Part shown: one piece after another, positions 43,179 through 52,392 of the stretch | Position numbering within the stretch: the first letter of the stretch is position 1 | Layout: every line of letters starts with the position of its first letter | Origin: an uncultured Actinomycetes bacterium | GTDB lineage: Bacteria; Actinomycetota; UBA4738; HRBIN12 | Assembly: GCA_963704725.1 (NCBI GenBank) | Contig: OY969934.1 | Span: 2,208,001 to 2,272,000 of the forward strand | Direction: 5' to 3' | Length of the DNA: 64,000 nucleotides | Notes under the pieces: generated by a model | What the model saw: the letters and a program-made list of their open reading frames with translations, nothing else | Databases searched by the model: none | Told to the model about the DNA's origin: nothing | Translations under genes and position numbers: made by a program

Positions 43179-44512
43179 GCGACGGCGGCCGGCTCCCGCA
43201 CGAGCTCGCCGTCGAGGTGGTGGGGGTGCGCCCCCGTGATCCGCGCGTCGAGGAACTCGCCCGGCGCAAGCGCGCCGTCCAGGTGCACGAGGCGATTCGT
43301 CCGCGTCCGGCCCTGGACCCGGCCCTTGCGCCCGGTCCCCTCGACCAGCACCTCGACCCTCGAGCCCACCTGCTCGCGCATGCGCCCCAGCGAGATCCCC
43401 TCCTGGAGGGCGACGAGCCGGTCGAACCGCTCCTGGACGACCGGCTTGGGGACCTGTTCGTCCATCGTCGCGGCGCGCGTGCCCGGCCTCGGGGAGTATT
43501 GGAACGTGTAGGCCTGATCGAACCGAGCCCGCCGGACGACGTCGAGCGTGTCTTCGAAGTCCTCCTCGGTCTCCCCGGGGAAGCCGACGATGACGTCGGT
43601 GCTGACGGCGATGCCGGGGACGGCGGCCCGGATCCACTCGAGCCATTCCAGGTATCGGCCCCCGCGATAGCTGCGCTGCATGGCCTTCAGGATGCGGGCC
43701 GAGCCCGATTGGAGCGGGAAGTGGATGTGCTCGCAGACGTGCTCGCTCTCGGCCATCGCGTCCACCACGTCGGGGGTGAAGTCGTGCGGATGCGGACTGG
43801 TGAAGCGGATGCGTCGGATCCCCTCGACCTCGTTCACGGCCCGGAGCAGGTCGGCGAACAGCGGCCGCCTCGGCGAGTCGGGAACCGTCAGGTCGCGCCC
43901 GTACGTGTTCACGTTCTGCCCGAGGAGCGTGACCTCGACCACTCCCTGGCGCGCGAGCCCCTGGACCTCGGCCAGCACGTCCCCGATCGGCCGAGAGAGC
44001 TGCGGGCCCCGCACGAGCGGCACGATGCAGAACGAGCAGGCGTTGTCGCAGCCCACCGCGATCGAGACCCACGCGTGGTGGGCCGCCTCGCGCAGCGCAG
44101 GCAGCGCGCTGGGGAAGACCTCGGTCTGCTCGCGGACGTCCATCTGGGGGCCCTCGGCGTCGGCGCGATGCAGGAGGTCGAGCAGCCCCGGCAGCGCGTG
44201 CGTGCCGACCACGACGTCCACCCACGGCGCCCGCTCCTGGATCAGCCCACCGTCCTTCTGGGCGAGGCAGCCCGCCACGACGATCCGCATCCGAGGGTTC
44301 CGCTCCTTGAGCGGGCGGAGGTGCCCGAGGTTCCCGTACAGCCGGTTGTCGGCGTTCTCGCGGATCGCGCACGTGTTGAACACCACGACGCTCGCCTCCG
44401 CCGCCTCCTCGGTCGCCACGTACCCGTCCGCCGTGAGCAGGCCGGCGATGCGCTCGGAGTCGTGCTCGTTCATCTGGCACCCGAACGTGCGCAGCAGGTA
44501 TCTCGGCTCCAT
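43175..44512 (-). CDS. miaB: tRNA-2-methylthio-N6-dimethylallyladenosine synthase
   Basis: TFGCQMNEHDSE, NTCAIRENA, radical SAM CDNACSFC, C-terminal TRAM domain. Confidence 0.97.
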   Translation of the reverse strand: MEPRYLLRTFGCQMNEHDSERIAGLLTADGYVATEEAAEASVVVFNTCAIRENADNRLYGNLGHLRPLKERNPRMRIVVAGCLAQKDGGLIQERAPWVDVVVGTHALPGLLDLLHRADAEGPQMDVREQTEVFPSALPALREAAHHAWVSIAVGCDNACSFCIVPLVRGPQLSRPIGDVLAEVQGLARQGVVEVTLLGQNVNTYGRDLTVPDSPRRPLFADLLRAVNEVEGIRRIRFTSPHPHDFTPDVVDAMAESEHVCEHIHFPLQSGSARILKAMQRSYRGGRYLEWLEWIRAAVPGIAVSTDVIVGFPGETEEDFEDTLDVVRRARFDQAYTFQYSPRPGTRAATMDEQVPKPVVQERFDRLVALQEGISLGRMREQVGSRVEVLVEGTGRKGRVQGRTRTNRLVHLDGALAPGEFLDARITGAHPHHLDGELVREPAAVA

Positions 44513-44537
44513 CAGACCTCTGAGGGTACCGGAGCGG

Positions 44538-46070
44538 CTACTTCGCGTACTCCACGGACCGCGTCTCGCGCACGACCGTGATCTTGATCTGGCCGGGGTA
44601 CTGGAGCTCCTCCTCGACCTGCTTGGCGATGTCTCGGGCCATCACCTGGGCGGCGAGATCGTCGATGTCGTGTGGCTTCACCATCACGCGGACCTCGCGA
44701 CCGGCTTGCATGGCGTAGACCTTCTCGACCCCCGGGTAGCTCGTGCAGATCTCCTCGAGACGCTCCAGGCGCTTGACGTAGGTCTCCAGGCTCTCGCGCC
44801 GGGCCCCGGGCCGGCCGCCCGAGATGCCGTCGGCGATCTGCGCGATCACCGCCTCGATCGTCCGCTGTTCGACCTCGCCGTGGTGCGACTCGATGCAGTG
44901 CACGACCTCTGCGGACTCTTTCATCCGCCGGGCGATCTCGGCGCCGATGATGGCGTGCGAGCCCTCGACCTCGTGCGTCACGGCCTTGCCGACGTCGTGC
45001 AGGAGCGCTCCCCGCTTGGGGATCACGGGGTCGACGCCGAGCTCGGCGCTGATGGCGGCCGCGATGTGCGCGGACTCGACGAGGTGCTTGAGGACGTTCT
45101 GCCCGTACGACGTCCGGAACTGGAGTCGGCCGAGCAGGCGGATCATCTCCGGGTGCATGTCCGTGATGCCGGCCTCCATCACGGCTCCCTCGCCCGCGCG
45201 CTTGATCTGCTCCTCGATCTCCTTCTGCGACCGCTCGAACGTTTCCTCGATGCGCGCCGGGTGGATCCGCCCGTCCTGAACCAGCTTCTCCAGGGTGAGC
45301 CGGGCCGTCTCCCGACGAACGGGGTCGAAGCACGAGAGCACGACGGCCTCCGGCGTGTCGTCGATGATCAGGTTCACCCCGGTCACGGACTCGAACGCGC
45401 GGATGTTCCGACCCTCCCGGCCGATGATCCGCCCCTTCATGTCCTCGCTCGGGAGGGAGAAGACCGAGACGGTCGACTCGCTGGTTTGCTCGGACGCCAC
45501 ACGCTGGATCGCGATCGTCACGATCTTGCGCGCCCGCTCCTCGCCCTCCTCGCGCGCCCGCTGCTCGATCTCGCGGACCGTCGACATCGCCTCGCGCTTC
45601 GCGTCCTCGATCACTCGGCTTCGGAGCGCCTCCCGGGCCTCCTGAGCGGTCATCTGCGCGATCTCCTCGAGCCGCTTGCGATGCTGCTCCGCCGCGTGCT
45701 CGAGCTGCTGGCGGACCATCTGGAGCTTCGCGTCGCGATCCTCCAGCTCACCCGATCGCCGCTCCGCCTCGTCGACCTTGTGATCGAGCGCCTGCTCCTT
45801 CTGGGCCAGACGCTCCTCCTGGCGCTTGACCTCCTCCCGCCGGGACCGGAGATCCTCCTCCGACTCCCGGCGCAGGGCTCCGATCTCGTCCCTGGCCTCG
45901 ACGAGGGCCTCGCGCGTGAGCCGCTCGGCCTCTCGCTCGGCTTCGAGGACCACCTTCTGAGCCCGTGCCTCCGCGCTCTGAGCCTGGGACTGCGCGACCG
46001 CCTTTCGGACGAAGAACCCGATCGCGATCCCCAGGGCCAGGGCCACGATGCCCGCCACCACCGCTGTCAT
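44538..46070 (-). CDS. rny: Ribonuclease Y
   Basis: N-terminal TM, coiled coil, KH domain KGRIIGREGRNIR, HD domain LLHDVGK, RPGARRES. Confidence 0.97.
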   Translation of the reverse strand: MTAVVAGIVALALGIAIGFFVRKAVAQSQAQSAEARAQKVVLEAEREAERLTREALVEARDEIGALRRESEEDLRSRREEVKRQEERLAQKEQALDHKVDEAERRSGELEDRDAKLQMVRQQLEHAAEQHRKRLEEIAQMTAQEAREALRSRVIEDAKREAMSTVREIEQRAREEGEERARKIVTIAIQRVASEQTSESTVSVFSLPSEDMKGRIIGREGRNIRAFESVTGVNLIIDDTPEAVVLSCFDPVRRETARLTLEKLVQDGRIHPARIEETFERSQKEIEEQIKRAGEGAVMEAGITDMHPEMIRLLGRLQFRTSYGQNVLKHLVESAHIAAAISAELGVDPVIPKRGALLHDVGKAVTHEVEGSHAIIGAEIARRMKESAEVVHCIESHHGEVEQRTIEAVIAQIADGISGGRPGARRESLETYVKRLERLEEICTSYPGVEKVYAMQAGREVRVMVKPHDIDDLAAQVMARDIAKQVEEELQYPGQIKITVVRETRSVEYAK

Positions 46071-46083
46071 CGCTTCGCCTCCG

Positions 46084-46129
46084 AACACAAGAAAGGCCAA
46101 ACCGAGGCCCGCCGGGCCCCTGTTCGGCC
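46084..46129 (-). terminator. Intrinsic terminator-like hairpin in the rny leader
   Basis: Minus strand GGCCGAAC-A-GGGGCCC-GGC-GGGCCTC-G-GTTTGGCC followed by TTTCTTGTGTT, just before the RBS. Confidence 0.65.
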
Positions 46130-46280
46130 GTGCTGCGTCGGATCGAGGGGGATCTAGGGTGCGCGGCGGCCTGGCGGCCCTCCGCGGCCCCGGATCCGGT
46201 CTGCTCCCTGCGACGACTGGTGGATGGACATGTCAGGCACGGTTTCGAACAGTTGGCGAACCGATGAACCTCAGAGGTCG

Positions 46281-46309
46281 AGCGTACGGCCTCCCCGAGG
46301 ATGAGGCAA
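46281..46309 (-). promoter_or_regulatory. Housekeeping-sigma promoter for rny
   Basis: Minus strand TTGCCT-N17-TACGCT. Confidence 0.6.
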
Positions 46310-46327
46310 GCGCGCTGCGCGGCCGGA

Positions 46328-46807
46328 TCAGCGCTCGCCGTCGAGCCCGAGCGCCTCCCGAGCCGCCCGGCGCGCCACCGACGCGTCGTATCCCCGCCGC
46401 GCCAGGAAGCCCATCAACCGCTGGAAGGCCTGCTCGGGGGCGAGCCCGGCGAGCCGGCGAGCTCGCTCGAGCGCCAGGTCTCGAGCGCGCTCCGCGTCCG
46501 ACCGGCCCCCGGACTCGTCGATGGTGCGCTCGATCGTGGCGCGGTCGACGCCCTTTGCGGCCAGCCGCCCGGCGATGGCCCGGCGACCCGTGCCCCGGTT
46601 GCCCATCTCGTGCTCGACGACCTGCCGGGCGAACGCCTCGTCGTCCACCAGGCCGACCGCCTCGAGCCGACCGAGCTCGTCCTCGACCTCAGGGCTCTCG
46701 AAGCCCGCCCGAAGGAGCCGGAGCTCGAGCTCCCGGCGCGACCGAGCTCGCACGGCCAGGAGCCGCAGCGCCCGTTCGTGGCAGTCGAGGGGATGCTTGA
46801 CGCTCAT
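46328..46807 (-). CDS. recX: Regulatory protein RecX
   Basis: ALRLLAVRARSRREL, GLVDDEAFA, FLARRGY; downstream of recA. Confidence 0.93.
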   Translation of the reverse strand: MSVKHPLDCHERALRLLAVRARSRRELELRLLRAGFESPEVEDELGRLEAVGLVDDEAFARQVVEHEMGNRGTGRRAIAGRLAAKGVDRATIERTIDESGGRSDAERARDLALERARRLAGLAPEQAFQRLMGFLARRGYDASVARRAAREALGLDGER

Positions 46808-46840
46808 CGCGAGAGCGACCGGGTCCGGCCGGCCCTTCCC

Positions 46841-47947
46841 CTAGCCGGCCGGGGCCCCGGTCGTCTCACGTTCCTTCTTTCCCATTCCGGCTGCGTCCGC
46901 AACCGCGTCGGCGACCTCGGGGACGGCGACGACGGGCGTCTGGTCGCCCTCCTCGCCGAACGCGGTCAGGCCCACCCCCTCGCGGACCTTGCGCTCGATC
47001 TCGGCCGCGATGTCGGTGTGCTCGACGAGGAACTGGCGCGCGTTCTCGCGGCCCTGGCCGAGCTGGTCGCCCTCGTACGTGAACCAGGCGCCGCTCTTCT
47101 TCACGATCTCGAGGTCGACCCCCACGTCGAGGAGGCTCCCCTCCTTGGAGATCCCGAAGCCGTACATGATGTCGAACTCGCACTGGCGGAACGGCGGCGC
47201 GACCTTGTTCTTCACGACCTTCACGCGCGTGCGCGAGCCCACGACCTCCGTGCCGTCCTTGAGGTTCTCGACCTTGCGGACGTCGAGGCGGACCGACGAG
47301 TAGAACTTCAGCGCCCGACCCCCGGGCGTGGTCTCGGGGTTGCCGAACATCACGCCGATCTTCTCGCGGAGCTGGTTGATGAAGATCGCCGTGGTGTCGA
47401 AGCGAGAGAGCGTCCCCGAGAGCTTGCGCATCGCCTGCGACATCAGGCGGGCCTGGAGGCCGACGTGCGTGTCCCCCATCTCGCCCTCGATCTCGGCGCG
47501 GGGCACGAGGGCCGCGACGGAGTCGATCACCACGACGTCCATCGCCCCGGAGCGCACGAGCATGTCGCAGATCTCGAGCGCCTGCTCGCCGGAGTCGGGC
47601 TGGGAGACGAGCAGCTCGTCGATGTTGACGCCGAGTCGCTGCGCGTAGGTGGGGTCGAGCGCGTGCTCGGCGTCGACGAACGCGGCGATGCCGCCGTGCC
47701 GCTGGGCCTCGGCGATGATGTGCAGGCAGACGGTGGTCTTGCCCGAGCCCTCGGGCCCGAAGACCTCGACGACGCGCCCGCGAGGGATGCCCCCGACGCC
47801 GAGCGCGATGTCGAGCGACAGGGCTCCGGTCGGGATCACCGAGATGCCGGCGCCCATGGGGTGCTCACCCAGCTTCATCACGGCGCCCTTGCCGAACTGC
47901 TTCTCGATCTGCGCGAGCGTGACGTCGAGCATCTTGTCTCGATCCAT
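46841..47947 (-). CDS. recA: Recombinase A
   Basis: [51 protein letters not shown]; no intein. Confidence 0.99.
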   Translation of the reverse strand: MDRDKMLDVTLAQIEKQFGKGAVMKLGEHPMGAGISVIPTGALSLDIALGVGGIPRGRVVEVFGPEGSGKTTVCLHIIAEAQRHGGIAAFVDAEHALDPTYAQRLGVNIDELLVSQPDSGEQALEICDMLVRSGAMDVVVIDSVAALVPRAEIEGEMGDTHVGLQARLMSQAMRKLSGTLSRFDTTAIFINQLREKIGVMFGNPETTPGGRALKFYSSVRLDVRKVENLKDGTEVVGSRTRVKVVKNKVAPPFRQCEFDIMYGFGISKEGSLLDVGVDLEIVKKSGAWFTYEGDQLGQGRENARQFLVEHTDIAAEIERKVREGVGLTAFGEEGDQTPVVAVPEVADAVADAAGMGKKERETTGAPAG

Positions 47948-48032
47948 CCGCGAATCCCCCTTCTGTTCCTTCGCCCACCGCGCGATGACGCCGGCGAGCG
48001 CCTCCCCTGCCTGTGGTCCGGACGAGGGGCGA

Positions 48033-48054
48033 ACGCTACTCCGAGGGTCCGACA
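48033..48054 (-). promoter_or_regulatory. RecA-NDp (PafBC-type) promoter of recA
   Basis: Minus strand TGTCGG-N10-TAGCGT matches TGTCGG-N10-TA-N3-T. Confidence 0.75.
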
Positions 48055-48121
48055 TGAATTACCCTCCTGTGATTACAGCCCTGTGAATTACAATCCTCAA
48101 AGCTCCCGGCCGCAACCCGGA

Positions 48122-48150
48122 ACCCTACCCGAACACCTGTTCGAGGTCAA
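48122..48150 (-). promoter_or_regulatory. LexA-repressed recA promoter
   Basis: Minus strand TTGACC-N17-TAGGGT with SOS box CGAACAGGTGTTCG in the spacer. Confidence 0.9.
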
Positions 48151-48185
48151 CGATCCGATCCGGTCCGCCGATTCATCTAGCGCAG

Positions 48186-49103
48186 ATGTCGCCTGAGATC
48201 GCCGTCATCCCGGGAACGCCAGCGGGCGCGTTGGTCGCGATCGGGTTCGTCGTGGGCGCAGTGGCCCTGTCGCGCTGGGCGCGGTCGAGGGCCCATCGTC
48301 CGTGGACGTCCACCGACGCGCTGAGATCCGCTGCGGTAGCGGCGGCCTTCATGCTGTTCGTTGCGCTTCTCCCAGTCCGGGCCCATGCGATCGGCGCCTT
48401 GCTCGCGATCGCGATGCTGCTCGGATGGATGGCTCTGCTCACGATCTACGCCGGTTCCCGCGCTCTGATCCTCCATCGATACCGGAGGGGTCAGCACAGC
48501 CTGGCACGAGGTGAGCGGACCGAACGGTACGGAGGGCCCGTGTCCGAGGATGTGCGATCGCGAGCGGAGGCGCTTCGCGCCTTCGGATTCGAGGCAGTCA
48601 CGACCATCACGGACGACGGGAGCGAGATCGCCCTCTGGTTTCGACCTGCGGATTCCGTCGCCGCCGAGGTCGGCCGCTTCACGAGGTTGCCCGATCAGCC
48701 CCGGTTCGTCGAGTTGACATCGTCGCTGGCTTCGCAGAACGCCGCGCTCTGCACGTCGACCTGGTCGGGATCCACCGGATTGTGGGCCGGTGAATTCCGG
48801 CAGGCGTTCCCCGGCGCGCCCTTGGAACACCTTCTCGACAACCACGAGCGTGGCCTCGCGTTCCTCGCCGGCAGAGGTCTCACGAGGGACCCCGTTCGCC
48901 CCGATGAGATCGTGTCCGTTCGTGGCGCGATGCTCCGCCTGATGGCGGCCGCGGCCGCTATGGCTCCTCGCAAGTCGACGGCTCCAGCTGTTCGCAGCTC
49001 GCTCGGATCTTCGCGTTTCGTCGGCCGGCTCGAGGATCAACCGGACATCGCGTCCCGGCTCGATGCCTTCTGGAACCTTGCCGCCGGCGCAAGGGGCGGC
49101 TGA
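48186..49103 (+). CDS. Hypothetical membrane protein
   Basis: 305-aa ORF with about three N-terminal hydrophobic segments; more A/T-ending codons than its neighbours. Confidence 0.6.
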   Translation: MSPEIAVIPGTPAGALVAIGFVVGAVALSRWARSRAHRPWTSTDALRSAAVAAAFMLFVALLPVRAHAIGALLAIAMLLGWMALLTIYAGSRALILHRYRRGQHSLARGERTERYGGPVSEDVRSRAEALRAFGFEAVTTITDDGSEIALWFRPADSVAAEVGRFTRLPDQPRFVELTSSLASQNAALCTSTWSGSTGLWAGEFRQAFPGAPLEHLLDNHERGLAFLAGRGLTRDPVRPDEIVSVRGAMLRLMAAAAAMAPRKSTAPAVRSSLGSSRFVGRLEDQPDIASRLDAFWNLAAGARGG

Positions 49104-49156
49104 GCGTCCGATCCTCGGGAGGGAGGTCCAGCCCGAGAACCCATCCGCCGAGGCGG

Positions 49157-49741
49157 TCAGCCTCCCAACGGGAACGTCGACAGCGGCTCGTAGATCGGGG
49201 CCGGCCGGCGCAGGTGGCTCCGGTACAGGACCAGCCACTCGACCGGGAAGGGCCGGCTCTCCACGCCGAGCTCCTCGATCTGGTCCTCCAGGCGCACGGG
49301 CGGCTCGAACCGGGCCACGGTGAGGTGCGGCGTGAACGCCCGCTTCTCGGGGGCGAAGTCCTTCGCCAGCGCCTCGTCCAGACCGGCCGCGATGCGCGTG
49401 AGCCGTCCCCGCGGGTCCTCGAGCGCCACCCACAGCACGCGGGCCCGGCGGGCCGAGGGGAAGGCGCCGAGCTCGGCGACCCGCGTCTCGAACGGCCGGT
49501 GGGTCGCCGCCACCTCCCCCACCGCCCGCGTCACCGGCTCGAGCAGACGGGGCCAGGTCGTCCCGAGGAACTTCATCGTGACGTGCTGGTTCTGGGTCGG
49601 GACCCATCGGCCCGTCGGGTAGCGCTCCCGCACCGGTCCCACCCCGCGCTCGACGAGCGCCCGAATCTCCTGCGGGAGGTCGATGGCGACGAAGAGCCGG
49701 AGCGGCCGGGCCTCGGGCCGGGAGGCTCGGTCGCGGGCCAT
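49157..49741 (-). CDS. thpR: RNA 2',3'-cyclic phosphodiesterase (2H family)
   Basis: RLFVAI, HVTMKFLG, FTPHLTVAR. Confidence 0.93.
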   Translation of the reverse strand: MARDRASRPEARPLRLFVAIDLPQEIRALVERGVGPVRERYPTGRWVPTQNQHVTMKFLGTTWPRLLEPVTRAVGEVAATHRPFETRVAELGAFPSARRARVLWVALEDPRGRLTRIAAGLDEALAKDFAPEKRAFTPHLTVARFEPPVRLEDQIEELGVESRPFPVEWLVLYRSHLRRPAPIYEPLSTFPLGG

Positions 49742-49757
49742 CAGGCAGATCCCGGCA

Positions 49758-51023
49758 TCAGGTGACGACGCGCTCGGTCTCGGGCAGCGGCAGGCCTCGG
49801 AGCAGCCGCCGGACCAGGTCGAGGGCCGCCTGCTCGGCCCACCGCACGACCATGGACCGGTCCCCGGGCGCGCGGATCCGGCGCTGGTGGCTCACGTCCG
49901 CCGCCTCGAGCCCGATCCACACGACGCCCGGCGGGTTGCCCTCGTGCGGGTCCGGGCCGGCGGCCCCGGTGAGCGCGATCGCGACGTCGGCGCCGAAGAG
50001 CCGTCGCGCGCCGGCCGCCATCTCCGCGGCGCACTCGCGGCTGACGACGCCGGCTCCCTCGATCGTCGCCGCGGTCACGCCGAGCACGTCGCGCTTGGCC
50101 GCCGCGCCGTACACGACCGCCGAGCCGAGCAGGTAGTCGGACGCGCCGGGGATCCGCGCCAGCCGAGCCGACAGCGAGCCGGCCGTGAGCGACTCGGCGC
50201 AGGCGATCGTCAAGCCCGACTCCCGGAGCAGCCGTCCCACCACCTCCTCGAGCTCCTCGTCCGACGTGGACGTCACGGCGTCGCCGATGCGGGCGGCCAC
50301 GGTCTCGACCACCGGCGCCAGCATCGCGGCCGCCTCCTGCACGGTCGCGGCCTTGGCCGTGAGCCGGACCTTCACCTCGCCGCCACCCGCCAGGTACGCC
50401 ACGGTGGGATTCGCGGACCCGTGGAAGAGATCGTCGAGCCACTCGGCGATCCGTGACTCGGCGACGCCGACGCACCGGACTGTCCTCGAGGCGATCGTGG
50501 CCGGACCCGACACGGCCGCCAGCTCGGGGATCACGGTCCCCTCCATCATCTCCCGCATCTCCGCCGGCACCCCCGGCAGCGCATAGATCCGGCGGCCGTC
50601 GAGCTCCATGGCGATGCCAGGTGCCGTCCCGCGCCCCGGCACGATGGCTCGGGCGCCGGCCGGCAGGTCCGCCTGCACCAGGTTGGACAGCGGCATCTCG
50701 CGCCCGGCTCGCGCGAACGTGTCGCGGACCAGCGCCTCGAGCTCGGCGCGCCGCTCGAGCGGCGCGCCGGTCGCCGCGGCGATCGCGTCCCGGGTGACGT
50801 CGTCCTGGGTCGGTCCGAGGCCCCCGGTGAGGATGATCGCGTCCGAGCGCGAGAGCGCGAGCCGGATGGCCTCCGCGATCCGCTCGACGTTGTCCCCCAC
50901 CACCTGATGGTGCAAGACGTCGACGCCCACCGTCGCCAGGTGCTCGCCGATCCACTGGGCGTTGGTGTTGGCGATCTGGCCGAGAAGGAGCTCGGTGCCG
51001 ACCCCGACGACCTCCGCCCTCAC
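49758..51023 (-). CDS. cinA: Competence/damage-inducible protein A
   Basis: VGTELLLGQIANTN, GGLGPTQDD, LPGVPAEM, AESLTAG, TGAAGP. Confidence 0.95.
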   Translation of the reverse strand: MRAEVVGVGTELLLGQIANTNAQWIGEHLATVGVDVLHHQVVGDNVERIAEAIRLALSRSDAIILTGGLGPTQDDVTRDAIAAATGAPLERRAELEALVRDTFARAGREMPLSNLVQADLPAGARAIVPGRGTAPGIAMELDGRRIYALPGVPAEMREMMEGTVIPELAAVSGPATIASRTVRCVGVAESRIAEWLDDLFHGSANPTVAYLAGGGEVKVRLTAKAATVQEAAAMLAPVVETVAARIGDAVTSTSDEELEEVVGRLLRESGLTIACAESLTAGSLSARLARIPGASDYLLGSAVVYGAAAKRDVLGVTAATIEGAGVVSRECAAEMAAGARRLFGADVAIALTGAAGPDPHEGNPPGVVWIGLEAADVSHQRRIRAPGDRSMVVRWAEQAALDLVRRLLRGLPLPETERVVT

Positions 51024-51069
51024 GGGGGCTCCGTCCCGCCCGCCGCGCGAGCACCCGGCGGTCCGACCG

Positions 51070-51789
51070 TCATCCCGGCGGGGGGGATGGGGTCGCGAAG
51101 TCGTACGTGTCGGCCCACGGATGTCCGGGCGCCCCGGGGAAGCCCTTGTCGTCCCCGTTCACGGTGACCTTCGCCGTGCCGCCCTCGGACAGCGCCACGG
51201 TGATCGAGATCTGCGCGCGGAAGGAGCGCCCCTCGCCGGCCCGAAGCGTGAAGGGCTGCGCCTCGCCGCCGTCCGCCGTGATCGTCACGACCACCGGCCG
51301 GCGCGCAAGCACCCCGACCGTGAGGCCCCGCGCGGCGGTGATCGCCGTCGCCGGAGCCTCGGACGGGAGCACCGCCGGCGGCGGCGCCGGTTGGCGCGCC
51401 GACAGGACGCCGAAAGCCGCCGCGAGGACCAGGACCGTCGCGGCCACCATGACGAGGAGCCGGTGGTTGTCGCGCCGGCGCCGGGCGCCCAGGGCCGGCT
51501 CGGGCTGCTGGGGGGTCGACGGCGGGCGGAGCTCCTCGCCCTCGGGGAGCGACGCGACGTACGCGGCGACGACCTTGTCGGGCGACAGGCGCAGGTACGA
51601 GGCGTAGGTCCGCAGGCACCCGCGGACGTGGACGTCCCCGAGCAGGCGGTCGAAATCGTCCCGCTCGAGGGCCTCGAGGAACTCACGGCGGACCCGGGTG
51701 TCCCGCGCCGCCTCGTCGATCGAGAGGCCGCGCGACGTGCGCACCTTCCGGAGCGCCCCCCCGATCCCGGCCAACACCGGTTGCTGCAC
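51070..51789 (-). CDS. RodZ-like HTH membrane protein (DUF4115-like C-terminus)
   Basis: IGGALRKVR..GLSI.EAA..TRVR..FLEALE, VRGCLRTYASYL, TM segment; located between ftsK and cinA. Confidence 0.85.
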   Translation of the reverse strand: MQQPVLAGIGGALRKVRTSRGLSIDEAARDTRVRREFLEALERDDFDRLLGDVHVRGCLRTYASYLRLSPDKVVAAYVASLPEGEELRPPSTPQQPEPALGARRRRDNHRLLVMVAATVLVLAAAFGVLSARQPAPPPAVLPSEAPATAITAARGLTVGVLARRPVVVTITADGGEAQPFTLRAGEGRSFRAQISITVALSEGGTAKVTVNGDDKGFPGAPGHPWADTYDFATPSPPPG

Positions 51790-51977
51790 GCCTGCATCCT
51801 AGCCACGGGCGGGGCTCGCTCCCCGGGCGGGCGGCTCGATCTGGGGGCCGATCGGCCGCTCGGGGCGGATGCCGCCATCGATCTCAAGGACCTAGGTCCG
51901 ACGCCCGATGCCAGGATGGTGGGTTGGGGATATCGTCCTCGGCGTTCGGTCCGCCGCTGGTCGGGAGCAGCTTCGGC

Positions 51978-52358
51978 ATGATCACGCACGCGTCACAGCT
52001 CGGTTCGCGCTCCCCGTTCTCGCTGGTTCGCCTGCCGTCCTCCTTCGAGCTCGAATCCGAGGGACGCGTGCGTTACCTGGTCATGAACGGCAAGCAGGAC
52101 GACGGCGTGTGGGGACCCGTCGGAGCGCTCTGGATCTCGGCCGACGAGGAGCGGGGCGGGTTCCTCGTCCACCCCTGGGCGCTGTGGGAGGGCAGCGAGT
52201 TCGTCCGGAGCTACCGATCCGCGGTCCTGCGCGGCTGGACCGCCGGAGCGATCTACCGCTACTGGCAGGATGAGGTGTGGCGCGGGACGTACTCGGCCGA
52301 GAGCGAGGTCGAGGCGCAGACCCTCCTGCTGCTCAACGAGCTGCTCTGCACCCTGTAG
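51978..52358 (+). CDS. Hypothetical protein
   Basis: 126-aa aromatic-rich ORF with high-GC3 codons; start uncertain. Confidence 0.6.
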   Translation: MITHASQLGSRSPFSLVRLPSSFELESEGRVRYLVMNGKQDDGVWGPVGALWISADEERGGFLVHPWALWEGSEFVRSYRSAVLRGWTAGAIYRYWQDEVWRGTYSAESEVEAQTLLLLNELLCTL

Positions 52359-52392
52359 CGCCCGGCCCCCTTCGACGACCGACCCCGCTCCC

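Noticed and set aside
46841-47947. Intein in recA or nrdJ
   Set aside because: Both have normal length and continuous motifs; no intein signatures.
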